Part shown: positions 9,972 through 19,355 of the stretch, in pieces
Layout of the letters: the number at the start of each line of letters is the position of its first letter
Numbering within the stretch: position 1 is the first letter of the stretch
NCBI GenBank assembly: GCA_005883075.1
Contig: VBAX01000048.1
Span: 35,475 to 99,474, forward strand
Source: Candidatus Bathyarchaeota archaeon
GTDB lineage: Archaea; Thermoproteota; Bathyarchaeia; 40CM-2-53-6
Length of the DNA: 64,000 bases
Direction: 5' to 3'
Notes under the pieces: model-generated
The model's input: the letters and a program-made list of their open reading frames with translations, nothing else
What the model was told of the DNA's origin: nothing
The model's database searches: none
Translations under genes and position numbers: made by a program

Positions 9972-10143
9972 GACAGTTCCTCTCTACTGTTCACTCGTTA
10001 CCAGTATGAATAGCTCGAGTCCGTACTTCCATCCTCACTAACCGTCCAAAGTTGTAAATTAGGATTTTTCTTAAAAGCCTGTTAGAAATCACAAAATACC
10101 GGGATAGACTAAAGAAGGCGAGAACGATGAGGTCTAGGTCAGG

Positions 10144-10770
10144 TTGAGCCGGCCAAAGGGTGCGCCACTGCTAGGGCCAGTAGGATTCCTCTTTGCTGCA
10201 GTAGGGTTCACAATGGCCGTAATTGTCGCAAGATTGTTCGTCTCTCTTGAGGCGAGGTGCACTCAAGCCTGTCCCGTCATCAGGGTTCAGGGATTTCACA
10301 TTCACCATCTCTACTATGGAGTCATACTGTTGCTCGCCTCCTCGACAATCATGGTATTTGCGGGGGATGTCCGCACAAGATGGGACAGTGCACTTGTTGT
10401 TGGCGCGGGCCTTGGTCTCATCGCGGATGAAGTTGGTTTACTGGTTCTTCGCGTGCCTTACTGGGCCACTGCTTCCCTGGCGACTATAGTCGCGGTCGGA
10501 CTAGCTTTGTACCTTGCGACTGTATACAAACTGTGGGCCGTTGGACGCAGGGACTTTGGACTCTTGGATCGGTACCAGACTTTGAGCATATTCGCCGTGG
10601 CTCTAGCTATGTTGGGCTTCCTATACTTTGGACGGCCTCTCAGGGCAATGTATGCGAACACGGCGCTGGTTGCATGGGTCTCAGCCTCTATTCTCCTGCT
10701 GACCTTCGGCAGGAAACACATCCAAGAGATCAGGCGCACACCCTTAAACCCCGTCCCGCCTTCTCCGTAG
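10144..10770 (+). CDS. Hypothetical polytopic membrane protein
   Basis: 208 aa, 5-6 hydrophobic helices, HIHHLYYG motif. TTG start. Confidence 0.45.
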   Translation: MSRPKGAPLLGPVGFLFAAVGFTMAVIVARLFVSLEARCTQACPVIRVQGFHIHHLYYGVILLLASSTIMVFAGDVRTRWDSALVVGAGLGLIADEVGLLVLRVPYWATASLATIVAVGLALYLATVYKLWAVGRRDFGLLDRYQTLSIFAVALAMLGFLYFGRPLRAMYANTALVAWVSASILLLTFGRKHIQEIRRTPLNPVPPSP

Positions 10771-10791
10771 AAGAGAAGGCGCAAGAGCAAA

Positions 10792-12354
10792 CTGCAGGTC
10801 TCCAAGCTAGTAGGCATTGAGGCAAGAGAGTATCAAAGCTCCATTGCAGAGTCCGCCGCCAAGGCCAACACGCTTGTCGTTCTCCCGACTGGGCTCGGTA
10901 AGACCATAATTGCTTTGCTGGTAGCCGTCAAGCGTCTTTCAGAGCAGAAGAACGACAAAGTCGTTATCCTTGCTCCGACAAAACCTCTCGTTCTCCAGCA
11001 TGCCGGGTTTTTCAAAGAACACTTTCCCGACAAGAACGTCAGATCCTCGGTCCTTACAGGGGAGAATCCTCCAGCTTCGAGGATCATGGATTTTGAGGGG
11101 TCTCAACTGATTTTTGCGACTCCTGAGGTGATTAGAAACGATGTCTCGAGTGAACGGTATACGCTGAGTCGCGTCTGTTTGATCGTTTTTGACGAGGCCC
11201 ATCGGTGCGTCCGAGACTATGCTTACTCTGAGGTAGCTGAGAGCTACAAGAGACAGGCATCGAACCCGTTGATACTTGGGTTAACTGCGTCGCCGAGCGC
11301 TCGAAAAGAGCGGGTCCAAGAGATCTGCGACAAGCTTGCGATCACCAACGTAGAGATGAGAACCGAGGAGGATGAGGATGTTGTTCAGTATGTCAATGAC
11401 GTGACGATAAACTGGGAACGGGTCCCGCTTCCTTCAGCTTACAAGCAGATTAGCAAGATTCTCCGAGCCGCGATGGATGAGAGGACGGAGAAGCTTAGGG
11501 CCATGCACCAGTTGCCGACTGGTGTTCGCGCAAACAAACGGATGCTACTGGAGCTCGGGGAGAAGTTGCGAAAGAGTCTGAGAAGAGGTGGGTCCGGAGC
11601 CCTGTATGGAGCAGTCATTCTGCAGGCCCAGGCGATGTCGTTGAGTCATGCAATCGACGTGCTGGAGACGCAAGGCCTCCACAACCTCACAAGATACCTT
11701 GCAAAGCTCGAAACCGCCAGCAGCAAGTCGGGCAAAAGCCTCTCAAGAGACGCGAAGATTCTCGAAGCTAGACAGCTCGCGTTCTCGATGGAAGAGAGAG
11801 AACATCCGAAGCAGAAAAGGCTCCGAGAGCTAGTCGAAGCGGAGATCAAGTCGAACAAGGATTCGAAGATCATAGTCTTCACCCAGTACAGAGATACCGT
11901 CGAGACACTTGTCGAACGGCTGAACAAGCTTGAAGGTGTCTCAGCAGTCCGATTCGTCGGCCAGGCGACCCGAGATACTGATGATGTCGGTCTAAGCCAA
12001 AGGGAGCAGACGAATATACTGGAAGACTTTCGCCAAGGACGTCATAACATGCTCGTGACGACAAGCATCGGTGAGGAGGGACTACATGTCCCAGACGTGG
12101 ATCACGTCATATTCTACGAAGCAGTTCCATCAGAAATCCGCCTAATACAACGCAGAGGGCGGACTGGCAGGACGAAGCAAGGAAAAATGACAGTACTCAT
12201 GTCAGAGGGAACGATAGACGAGGCGTACTACTGGACGAGCCAGAAGAGAGAGCAGCAGATGCATCGCTTTCTGCAGACGGTCAAGAAGAAAGGGACGAAA
12301 CCTCCGTCGAAGACAAAACGGACCTTAGACGACTGGTCCAGCTTCCAAAAATAA
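10792..12354 (+). CDS. Hef/Mph1/FANCM-type superfamily-2 helicase, helicase-only (no ERCC4 nuclease domain); start codon unresolved
   Basis: Motifs present: REYQ, Walker A LPTGLGKT (10885-10905), DEAH (FDEAHRC), and the C-terminal QRRGRTGR. The frame is open from 10771, but the first ATG/GTG/TTG is at 10915, downstream of Walker A. 10792 is a CTG, used here as a provisional start. Confidence 0.75.
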   Translation: MQVSKLVGIEAREYQSSIAESAAKANTLVVLPTGLGKTIIALLVAVKRLSEQKNDKVVILAPTKPLVLQHAGFFKEHFPDKNVRSSVLTGENPPASRIMDFEGSQLIFATPEVIRNDVSSERYTLSRVCLIVFDEAHRCVRDYAYSEVAESYKRQASNPLILGLTASPSARKERVQEICDKLAITNVEMRTEEDEDVVQYVNDVTINWERVPLPSAYKQISKILRAAMDERTEKLRAMHQLPTGVRANKRMLLELGEKLRKSLRRGGSGALYGAVILQAQAMSLSHAIDVLETQGLHNLTRYLAKLETASSKSGKSLSRDAKILEARQLAFSMEEREHPKQKRLRELVEAEIKSNKDSKIIVFTQYRDTVETLVERLNKLEGVSAVRFVGQATRDTDDVGLSQREQTNILEDFRQGRHNMLVTTSIGEEGLHVPDVDHVIFYEAVPSEIRLIQRRGRTGRTKQGKMTVLMSEGTIDEAYYWTSQKREQQMHRFLQTVKKKGTKPPSKTKRTLDDWSSFQK

Positions 12355-12694
12355 CTAGACCACGTTCCAGGCCTATCTTCTTCCTCATTCCACTCTTCGG
12401 CCTACACTAGAAGATGCGCGATGTCCGAGCGGGGATGTGGGGAAGCCCCACTGAGCGAAGGACTAGTGAACGAATCCTTGGCAATTGATGCTATCAAACG
12501 TGAGATTCATGGATGCAGGGACCGGCCAATCGATATCCGAACAGTTGTGTGCTCCGGAGGATTACTCGGTGTGCCGCTTGTCGTCAGCAAGCTCGCTGCC
12601 TACCTCATACGCCTTTTCGGGTCTGATGCTGTTGTTCCAACTGAATGAAAGCTACTAAATACCGGCCTAGGTTCTTCTGGGGAGATATTCTAAG

Positions 12695-13270
12695 TTGATA
12701 GAGAAAAGAAGTCCTAGTTGGCTGCGCGTTCTCGAGATACTCGCTGGAGTATTGGTTCTCGCGGTCGCATTTTTCGTTTTGGCCGACTCAGCATTCGCCC
12801 TCACTGTCCTCGCATATACCCTTGGAATCGGACTCGTTATTCTGGGGCTATCCCGAATTTTTGCCGGCGTTTACGGGAGATATTTTGCGGTGTGGTTCCG
12901 GGAGATAAACGCTGGAGGAGGAATAATCGCCTTTGTGCTCGGAATCGTTGCAATAATCAACCCACAATTCGTAATCGGCTTCCTGACCATTCTCGTCGCT
13001 CTCGCACTTCTTGTCGTCGGGATCGTAGAAATCATAGCGGCAGGATTTGCAAAGCATCCACCGGTCTGGGTGCGAGGACTGATTGGAATAGTAGGGGTTT
13101 TGACCGTCATTCTCTCCGTTTTCGTAATCCTTGACCCCTCTCTTGGCCAGCTCAGCCTAGCGGTCACGATTGCAATTGTGCTAGTCGCAGTTGGAGTTCG
13201 AGACATCACTCACGGAATAACAGGGCATCGGCCGCTCAAGATCGACCAAGATGTCATAACCAAAGTCTAA
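12695..13270 (+). CDS. HdeD/DUF308-like membrane protein
   Basis: 191 aa made of repeated pairs of TM helices, with the G-rich pattern typical of DUF308. Confidence 0.55.
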   Translation: MIEKRSPSWLRVLEILAGVLVLAVAFFVLADSAFALTVLAYTLGIGLVILGLSRIFAGVYGRYFAVWFREINAGGGIIAFVLGIVAIINPQFVIGFLTILVALALLVVGIVEIIAAGFAKHPPVWVRGLIGIVGVLTVILSVFVILDPSLGQLSLAVTIAIVLVAVGVRDITHGITGHRPLKIDQDVITKV

Positions 13271-13336
13271 ACTTATTCCGAAGAGTAGAGACCAAGCTAG
13301 GCTCCGATTCCCAGGACTCGAATTCGGGGTCCGCAA

Positions 13337-13549
13337 CTAGACGTGCGGAATCCGGATCTTGGGGATTCTTGCTCCAGTCAGAGTCAGGACTAGTCCCAAG
13401 AGGATGAGGAAGAGACCTGAGATCATGTACATGTTAGCAGAGATTGTTGCGCCGTTGTAGGCGACTTTCTCGTTGCTAATGTACAAGCTCTCAGCCACGA
13501 TTCCAAGCAGGACAAATACTGCCCCAATGAGGACCATTAGTCTCCTCAT
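13337..13549 (-). CDS. Small two-TM membrane protein, hypothetical
   Basis: 70 aa with two hydrophobic helices. Confidence 0.3.
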   Translation of the reverse strand: MRRLMVLIGAVFVLLGIVAESLYISNEKVAYNGATISANMYMISGLFLILLGLVLTLTGARIPKIRIPHV

Positions 13550-14178
13550 TCTACGACCACAATCGAGAATAGAGTGAAACGACTCTTAAGCCCTGTTTAA
13601 CCAAAGATTAGCCTCCGAGGATATACCTTCTACGCTCGCCATTCTCGGGCTATTCAGAGGTTCTCCATTTCCAGATGAAATCGTGAAGTGTTCGAAGTGA
13701 TCAGATTAATTTGGAGTCCGAGTTCTCTTTTGGACTGCGGTTTCGATTCGCTTATTAATCGAATCGTCAATATTCATTTTGAAAGCGACAAGGCATTTGG
13801 CCCTCTTGCTCTCCCTGGGCTTTGCTTGCCCAGGTCATCGTTTTGTGGATTCATACCTACAAAACTAGTTATGGCTCAGCCAGAGAGAACTCTTCAAGGG
13901 CAAGAAGAGGAGCGCGTCTATAGCCCAACATGAAAGACTCAGGTTCGGAAACAACCGCGGGTAACACTATGACGTCGCACAACTCTCCTAGCGGATGATA
14001 TCCCCGATGTTGAACCATATTCAAGATGCTCACGGTCACGGTCGCCAACTGTACGATTGTTCTAGGGGTTGGAATGTCGTGGAGGTTGTTGAGGTATCCG
14101 GATCATAAAAAACAGTGAAGTTGTTGGGCTCAGATAGACGGTGAAAAGTTGATGACCGGAGCTCCGAACCAGGGAGGG

Positions 14179-15279
14179 CTACCCTAGCCAGGGAACGCCG
14201 ATCTCTGTTCCCACTTGTTTCATCGCTTCCACAACCTTGGGACTTAGTGGAATACCTTCCTTCTGGAACTTTTCCATCCTTGCATAGCTCTTCTCGCCGT
14301 GAACGTAGATTCGTGATTGGCCTTCCGCCTTCGGGGAGTCCTTCAGCTCTCGGGCTAACCTGTCCATATCCCTCTTGAAATCGTCCAGTGGGCGAAACGC
14401 TGCTGGGTCCAACGCCATGAAGAAATGGCCGACATTCGGCTTTTCCTTGATAACATCGACGCCGAGACCCGTGGCTGCGCCGCTCAGGACTCCGCTAAGA
14501 ACGTCCACCATCAGCGCCAAACCATACCCTTTGTGGCCCGAGTGTTTTTCGCCCTCACCGCCAAGGGGTAGAATCCCGCCGCCCAATCTCTTGGACAACG
14601 CGTCCAAAACGGCATGCGGGTCCTCTGTCCCTCTTCCCGTCTTGTCCACCGCCCATCCTGGTGGCATCTTCTTGCCTTGGCGGTCATAGACCTCAAGCTT
14701 CCCGCGTGGAACCACAGATGTTGCCATGTCCAGCACGAATGCTCTCTCGTTCCTTGCGGGTGCGGTTAGGCTAATCGGGTTTGTACCGAGAATCGCGTTC
14801 CTGCCGAAAGTGGGGACCACGAGCGGTGCGGCATTGGTCATGCTCATTCCGATCAAATCGTGTTGCAAGGCCATTAGACTGTAGTAACCTGCTATTCCAT
14901 AGTGGTGAGAGTTCCGAACAGAAACGATTCCGACCGCGGTTTCTTTGGCTTTCTTAATGGCCAATTCCATTCCCTTGTGCCCGACCACCTGGCCTAAGCT
15001 CTGGCCCCCGTCGATCATCGCCGTAGCCTTGGTTTCCTTCACGATCTTGCTTTGGTCTGTGGGCTTTGTCCAGCCATTCTTCAGATCCGCGTAATACCGA
15101 GGAAGACGGGCGACTCCATGCGACTCGATCCCGCGGAGATCAGCTAGCACCAGAACATCAGTTGTTATCTTGGCATCTATTACCGGGACGCCAAGTTTCA
15201 TCCACACTTTGTTGCAGAAGTCTTTCAGTTTTGCCTCTTGTACAACCACTTGCTTCTGGACAGTGACCTGGTCAACCAT
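14179..15279 (-). CDS. Ldh_2-family oxidoreductase (malate/L-sulfolactate/ureidoglycolate dehydrogenase type)
   Basis: Motifs GIESHGVARLPRY, NPISLTAP and HKGYGLAL, characteristic of the Ldh_2 family. Confidence 0.8.
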   Translation of the reverse strand: MVDQVTVQKQVVVQEAKLKDFCNKVWMKLGVPVIDAKITTDVLVLADLRGIESHGVARLPRYYADLKNGWTKPTDQSKIVKETKATAMIDGGQSLGQVVGHKGMELAIKKAKETAVGIVSVRNSHHYGIAGYYSLMALQHDLIGMSMTNAAPLVVPTFGRNAILGTNPISLTAPARNERAFVLDMATSVVPRGKLEVYDRQGKKMPPGWAVDKTGRGTEDPHAVLDALSKRLGGGILPLGGEGEKHSGHKGYGLALMVDVLSGVLSGAATGLGVDVIKEKPNVGHFFMALDPAAFRPLDDFKRDMDRLARELKDSPKAEGQSRIYVHGEKSYARMEKFQKEGIPLSPKVVEAMKQVGTEIGVPWLG

Positions 15280-15368
15280 GACTGTTTCCTCGGAAACCTC
15301 TATTCAATGTCAGCGTTCAAAGAGACATTTTTTAACTTAGGCCTATTCCCGGATACACTCTGAGAGAA

Positions 15369-15890
15369 ATGGATACTCATCAAGCAATCCTCACCAAACT
15401 GGATGTTAGACAGTTTAGCCCCAAGAAGGTCCCGGCCGACGTAAAGCTGAAAGTATTCGAAGCGGCGCGAGCCACTCAGACGGGAAATAACAAGCAACAC
15501 TTGAGATTCATACTTGTCCAAAACAAGGATTCGATCAAGAAGTTAGCAGAGGATAGCACAAGTGGGCCTTGGGTCGCTGGGGCAGACTTTGCAGTCATCG
15601 TCCTGACGGACCCCAAACTGGGGTTCCACCTCATCGACACCGGACGCGCAGTCCAACAAATGCAACTCTCCGCGTGGAACAACGGGGTAATCTCCGGAGT
15701 CTATACGGGAATCAAGGAAGAAGCCATGAGTAGAGATTTCAGTTTCCCAGCCGATATCAAGCCCACTATGGTGGTAGGTTTTGGCTATCCAGTCAAGAAG
15801 ATAGTTGGGAAGAAGAATCGCATGCCCATTTCGGAAATAGCTTTTATCGATAAATTCGGCAACAAATTCGATCCAAAGAAACTAAGCTAA
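15369..15890 (+). CDS. Nitroreductase-family protein
   Basis: 173 aa. The patterns RQFSPKKVP...AARATQTGNNKQ are typical of the nitroreductase fold. Confidence 0.7.
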   Translation: MDTHQAILTKLDVRQFSPKKVPADVKLKVFEAARATQTGNNKQHLRFILVQNKDSIKKLAEDSTSGPWVAGADFAVIVLTDPKLGFHLIDTGRAVQQMQLSAWNNGVISGVYTGIKEEAMSRDFSFPADIKPTMVVGFGYPVKKIVGKKNRMPISEIAFIDKFGNKFDPKKLS

Positions 15891-15974
15891 AGCAGTTGTC
15901 GAATGGCGAGACTCCCGGGAGCAGCCTAGCACTACCCCGCATCGACCGCTCGTCCCAGAAGTGGTAGAGACTGG

Positions 15975-16445
15975 TTGGACTTCACCGAGATTCTAGCTAA
16001 CGAATTATGGGTAGGCGCGGCACCTACGCTAGCAGATCTGGAAGAGATCAAGAAACACAGCGGGGGCAAGAGTGTGATTATCGACCTTACGAGGAATCAG
16101 CGGGAGGAGGAGTGGTCCAAGAAGCTAGGCTTGCAATACGAAGATCGAACCCCCAAGGTCGAAGAGACTTTTTCCGCGGTTCCGGTAAGCCAGCTCCGAC
16201 TCGTCTCCCGACTCATCGAACAACACATCCGTGGAGGGCGAACAGTCTACCTCCATTGCAAGATGGGGCTCGGCAGGAGCCCGACATGCGCAGCCGCCTA
16301 CCTGGTACATTGTGGGATTCCCCTTCGAGACGCGAAAGAGCTCATATTGAGCAAACGCTCGGTTTGGAATGGTGAAGATGGAAATTATGCGAGTGGTTTG
16401 GAAGACTTTGCCAAGATGCTGGAAATAGCAAAACTCTCAGAATAG
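15975..16445 (+). CDS. Dual-specificity / tyrosine protein phosphatase
   Basis: Active-site HCx5R(S/T) motif: LHCKMGLGRSPT. TTG start. Confidence 0.75.
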   Translation: MDFTEILANELWVGAAPTLADLEEIKKHSGGKSVIIDLTRNQREEEWSKKLGLQYEDRTPKVEETFSAVPVSQLRLVSRLIEQHIRGGRTVYLHCKMGLGRSPTCAAAYLVHCGIPLRDAKELILSKRSVWNGEDGNYASGLEDFAKMLEIAKLSE

Positions 16446-16485
16446 AGGTCGACCCCTCGTATGTTCGCCTCGACACGTTTTCCGA

Positions 16486-16845
16486 CTATTTCTTGAGAAC
16501 TGAGCTCTTGAGGACCGTCTTTACCAAGTCTGGCTCTTTTAGAAGATAATAGGTAGCCCGCCTAGTTCTCAAACCTATCTTGGCGATTCCCTCAATTACA
16601 AGCTTCAAGACCCGGGTGGGGTGCATCTCGAGATCGCTCCATTGCCATCCTTGATACGACGGGTTTCCTAGTCCCTCTTCCTCGCTCCTAGCGGCCAACC
16701 ACAGGGCTTTCCTATAGTCAGGAAACTTCACGAGGAACTGCTCCACGTAATTCTCCTGTGGACCTGAATGGCTGGATGCTTCGATAGTAGCCTGCGAGAG
16801 TATTGTTGCTCGGGGTGAATGTGGTAAGGGGGATGTTCTTGACAC
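16486..16845 (-). CDS. Hypothetical protein
   Basis: 119-aa ORF with coding-like composition and no recognised motif. Confidence 0.3.
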   Translation of the reverse strand: MSRTSPLPHSPRATILSQATIEASSHSGPQENYVEQFLVKFPDYRKALWLAARSEEEGLGNPSYQGWQWSDLEMHPTRVLKLVIEGIAKIGLRTRRATYYLLKEPDLVKTVLKSSVLKK

Positions 16846-17026
16846 GAGGCTCGCCTTCTTCAGAAGGACCCTCGAAACAGGTAATGGTAATTCCGGAGAT
16901 TTATTCAGCTCGTTTTCCTAGAAACACCAAGTAGGTTACAGAAGCCTCCGTACCTACAAAATCTCGAGAATATCGAGGTTCGACACTTGAGCCCGCTCGG
17001 TCCCACGATCCAGGATGTGTCTAAGA

Positions 17027-18277
17027 CTAATGAAGATGACTTTGCCAAAACTTCGGCACTTTGCGTGAATAGACTACTTCTTTCGCTCCGAGAAATTCTG
17101 AAAGCTGTTCGACGCTATCTCGAATCTCTCTCGAGATATCCTTGTCCTTGGGTGCATGTGGTTCAGCGTGTACTTCCTTGATGATCAGTTTCCCGTTTTT
17201 CCGGTCCATGAGCGGATCCATACGCCCGATGAATTTGTCGCCGCACAGTATCGGGAGGACGTAGTATCCGAACTTGCGTTTGCTTGGCGGAGTGTAGATT
17301 TCGATTGTGTAATCGAAATTGAACAGATGCTTGGTTCTCGCCCTATCGCAGAACAGATTGTCGAAAGGGGAGAGTAATGAGACCCTTGGCTGCCATTCCC
17401 CCGATTGTAACTCTTCCAGCCGTTCGACGTCATCAGAGTGAATATACCGTTCGCCCTTCTCGACCGGTCCATCCGTTATATCTACTGGAATGATCTTCTC
17501 GTCCGCCACTAACTGTTTGATGGTTGCTTTCAGGTTTGGGTAGCGGTTACGGAAGAAGTGCCAACTTATCTCGGATGAATTTGCGATTCCGAGGGCGCGG
17601 AGTGATCTCTGGGCCGAAAGGTACTCGACCTCTTCAGCTGACAATTCTTTCTTTGACACCCAGGATGGCAGGAAATTTTCTGAGAGACCGTAGAGTTTCT
17701 GTTTGCCCTGGCGGCCAACTACCATTACTTCTCCCTTCAAGAAAAGATGGAACATCATCCGAGAGACATCTCCCCAGCTACTCCAGCCAAAACTACGCTT
17801 TGCCCTAGTCTTGTCTTCAAACTGGCGAGAGAGAAGAGGGCCTTTCTTTCTAAGCTCGCTCAAAATATGATCTCTCAGCTCCGTGTTCGCATTCAGAAAT
17901 TTGTCAATTCTTTGTCGCCAAATCGATCCTGGACGTACGAGCACGTCAGGATGCCTTCGCATGAGAGAATGGTAGAGAGGATAGTCTTCCATCAAAACTA
18001 TTGATGCTTGGTGGGCCCAGTATTCGAAGAGCTTCTTCTCGCGCCACAACAAATTGTCCAGATCTGTTGTGTCAAAGTGTCCGAGTCTGCTCCAAAGAAC
18101 GATGAGATGACTAGGAGCAACCGTGCTGATCGGATCAAGCTGAAGACAACCTAGGTCTCGTGTCACTCTCAGAATGTCATCTGAGTCCGGTTTGTTGGGC
18201 CTTATTCCAGCGAGATGCTGTTTGGCAACTGCGAGACGTCTAGCATTCTCTAGAGTCGTTGTAATTTTCTTAGACAC
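17027..18277 (-). CDS. Winged-helix DNA glycosylase of the YcaQ/AlkZ family (HTH_42), putative interstrand-crosslink repair enzyme
   Basis: Family-typical blocks: ARRLAVAKQHL, LGCLQLDPISTVAPSHLIVLWSR, LFEYWAHQASIV, GYYVLPIL. Confidence 0.7.
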   Translation of the reverse strand: MSKKITTTLENARRLAVAKQHLAGIRPNKPDSDDILRVTRDLGCLQLDPISTVAPSHLIVLWSRLGHFDTTDLDNLLWREKKLFEYWAHQASIVLMEDYPLYHSLMRRHPDVLVRPGSIWRQRIDKFLNANTELRDHILSELRKKGPLLSRQFEDKTRAKRSFGWSSWGDVSRMMFHLFLKGEVMVVGRQGKQKLYGLSENFLPSWVSKKELSAEEVEYLSAQRSLRALGIANSSEISWHFFRNRYPNLKATIKQLVADEKIIPVDITDGPVEKGERYIHSDDVERLEELQSGEWQPRVSLLSPFDNLFCDRARTKHLFNFDYTIEIYTPPSKRKFGYYVLPILCGDKFIGRMDPLMDRKNGKLIIKEVHAEPHAPKDKDISREIRDSVEQLSEFLGAKEVVYSRKVPKFWQSHLH

Positions 18278-18443
18278 GGAAGAGAACTTGTTTTGGCTGT
18301 TTCATAAGGGATTCGAACTTGACCCCTTGGCAAATGAAACTAAAACCAAACAAGACCCCTAGCAGATTGTGCACGCCCGGTAATGCATAGGCTTGACAAT
18401 AGAAAGAGCTAAGGTGTCACCGTCGAAGGGCTGTTGGTTGTTC

Positions 18444-18875
18444 ATGACCGAAGGAGGTATCGCTAGACTAGTCCAGCATCCCCTGTCTCCCTTCAAGAAG
18501 AGGGCAATCTTCGCAATCGCGATTCTAGGCTTACTGATGGCTGTCGGAACGATTGGCATGATGATCTTGGAAGGCTGGGACCTGGTGACCTCGTTCTATT
18601 TCATGTCCCTTCTGGCAACGGCCGAAGGCCCGGCACAATCACCCATGACTGTTGGGGGCAAGATCTTCGCGTCTTTCTTGGCCTTTCTCTCTATCGGCGC
18701 GGCAATATCTGCGATTACGTTTACCTTCGGACCCTTTGTTTGGCTCTATATTCAAAGAGGGCTTCGCCTATGTCGAGAGAGAAGAGGACAAACTGAAGAC
18801 AAGACTAGAGCGCAAGGCCCATCCCCATTCATCTGCCGACTACGAGGGATAAGACTCGCCAAAACTCATCAGTGA
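18444..18875 (+). CDS. Two-TM ion-channel-like protein (K+ channel pore fold) with a non-canonical filter; 3' end uncertain
   Basis: TM1 - pore helix (WDLVTSFYFMSLLATAEGP) - TM2 architecture. ATAEGP sits where TVGYGD is expected. The arginine-rich tail looks out of frame. Confidence 0.4.
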   Translation: MTEGGIARLVQHPLSPFKKRAIFAIAILGLLMAVGTIGMMILEGWDLVTSFYFMSLLATAEGPAQSPMTVGGKIFASFLAFLSIGAAISAITFTFGPFVWLYIQRGLRLCRERRGQTEDKTRAQGPSPFICRLRGIRLAKTHQ

Positions 18876-18906
18876 CATCGGTCATATCATCCTTCAAGTC
18901 GGGGAT

Positions 18907-19212
18907 ATGGACGAGGCAGTCAATCTATACTGCAAAACGCTAGGATTCGAACTCAAAGAACCCTCGCCTGAATGGAGCGTCATCTCCACCAAGCTGGGCG
19001 AGCTGACCCTCTACAAGACCCCGAAGATCACACCGCTAGTTCTTCGAGGTGCCGATGTAACCCCAATCAGCCTCCATGTCACCAGCTTCGAGGAAGCGGC
19101 TGATCAATTGGAGAAGAAAGGATACTCCGTCAAACGGAAAGGCAGGAACTCAGGAACACTTACTGACCCATGGGGAAACATGATCGACCTCCACGACCAC
19201 CGCAAATCCTGA
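18907..19212 (+). CDS. VOC/glyoxalase-family protein; true start probably upstream of the first ATG
   Basis: The pattern ...LYCKTLGFEL...DPWGNMIDLH is VOC-like. The conserved first strand ISDIGHIILQVGD is encoded in frame at 18868-18906, but no canonical start precedes it. Confidence 0.6.
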   Translation: MDEAVNLYCKTLGFELKEPSPEWSVISTKLGELTLYKTPKITPLVLRGADVTPISLHVTSFEEAADQLEKKGYSVKRKGRNSGTLTDPWGNMIDLHDHRKS

Positions 19213-19355
19213 AAACTTTCGGTGGGGCACGGGCGCTGGGGTTCCAGTCCACCCTTCTCGCGTCTTCAATCATTGGCGGAATAGGGCGATTGATTGCGCT
19301 GTTCATCAAGAATCCGAAAGTACCAGCGATGCTAGCGTTTAGCCTCTGGCCGGTC

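Noticed and set aside
12421-12648. 75-aa ORF between the helicase gene and the DUF308 gene.
   Set aside because: It has no motif and no obvious promoter or spacing signal, so I cannot tell it from a random ORF. It is left unannotated.
18290-18340. tRNA-like GGGATTCGAAC string, and a second one at 18941 inside the VOC gene.
   Set aside because: The flanking bases cannot form a T stem or acceptor stem. These are chance occurrences of the T-loop heptamer.
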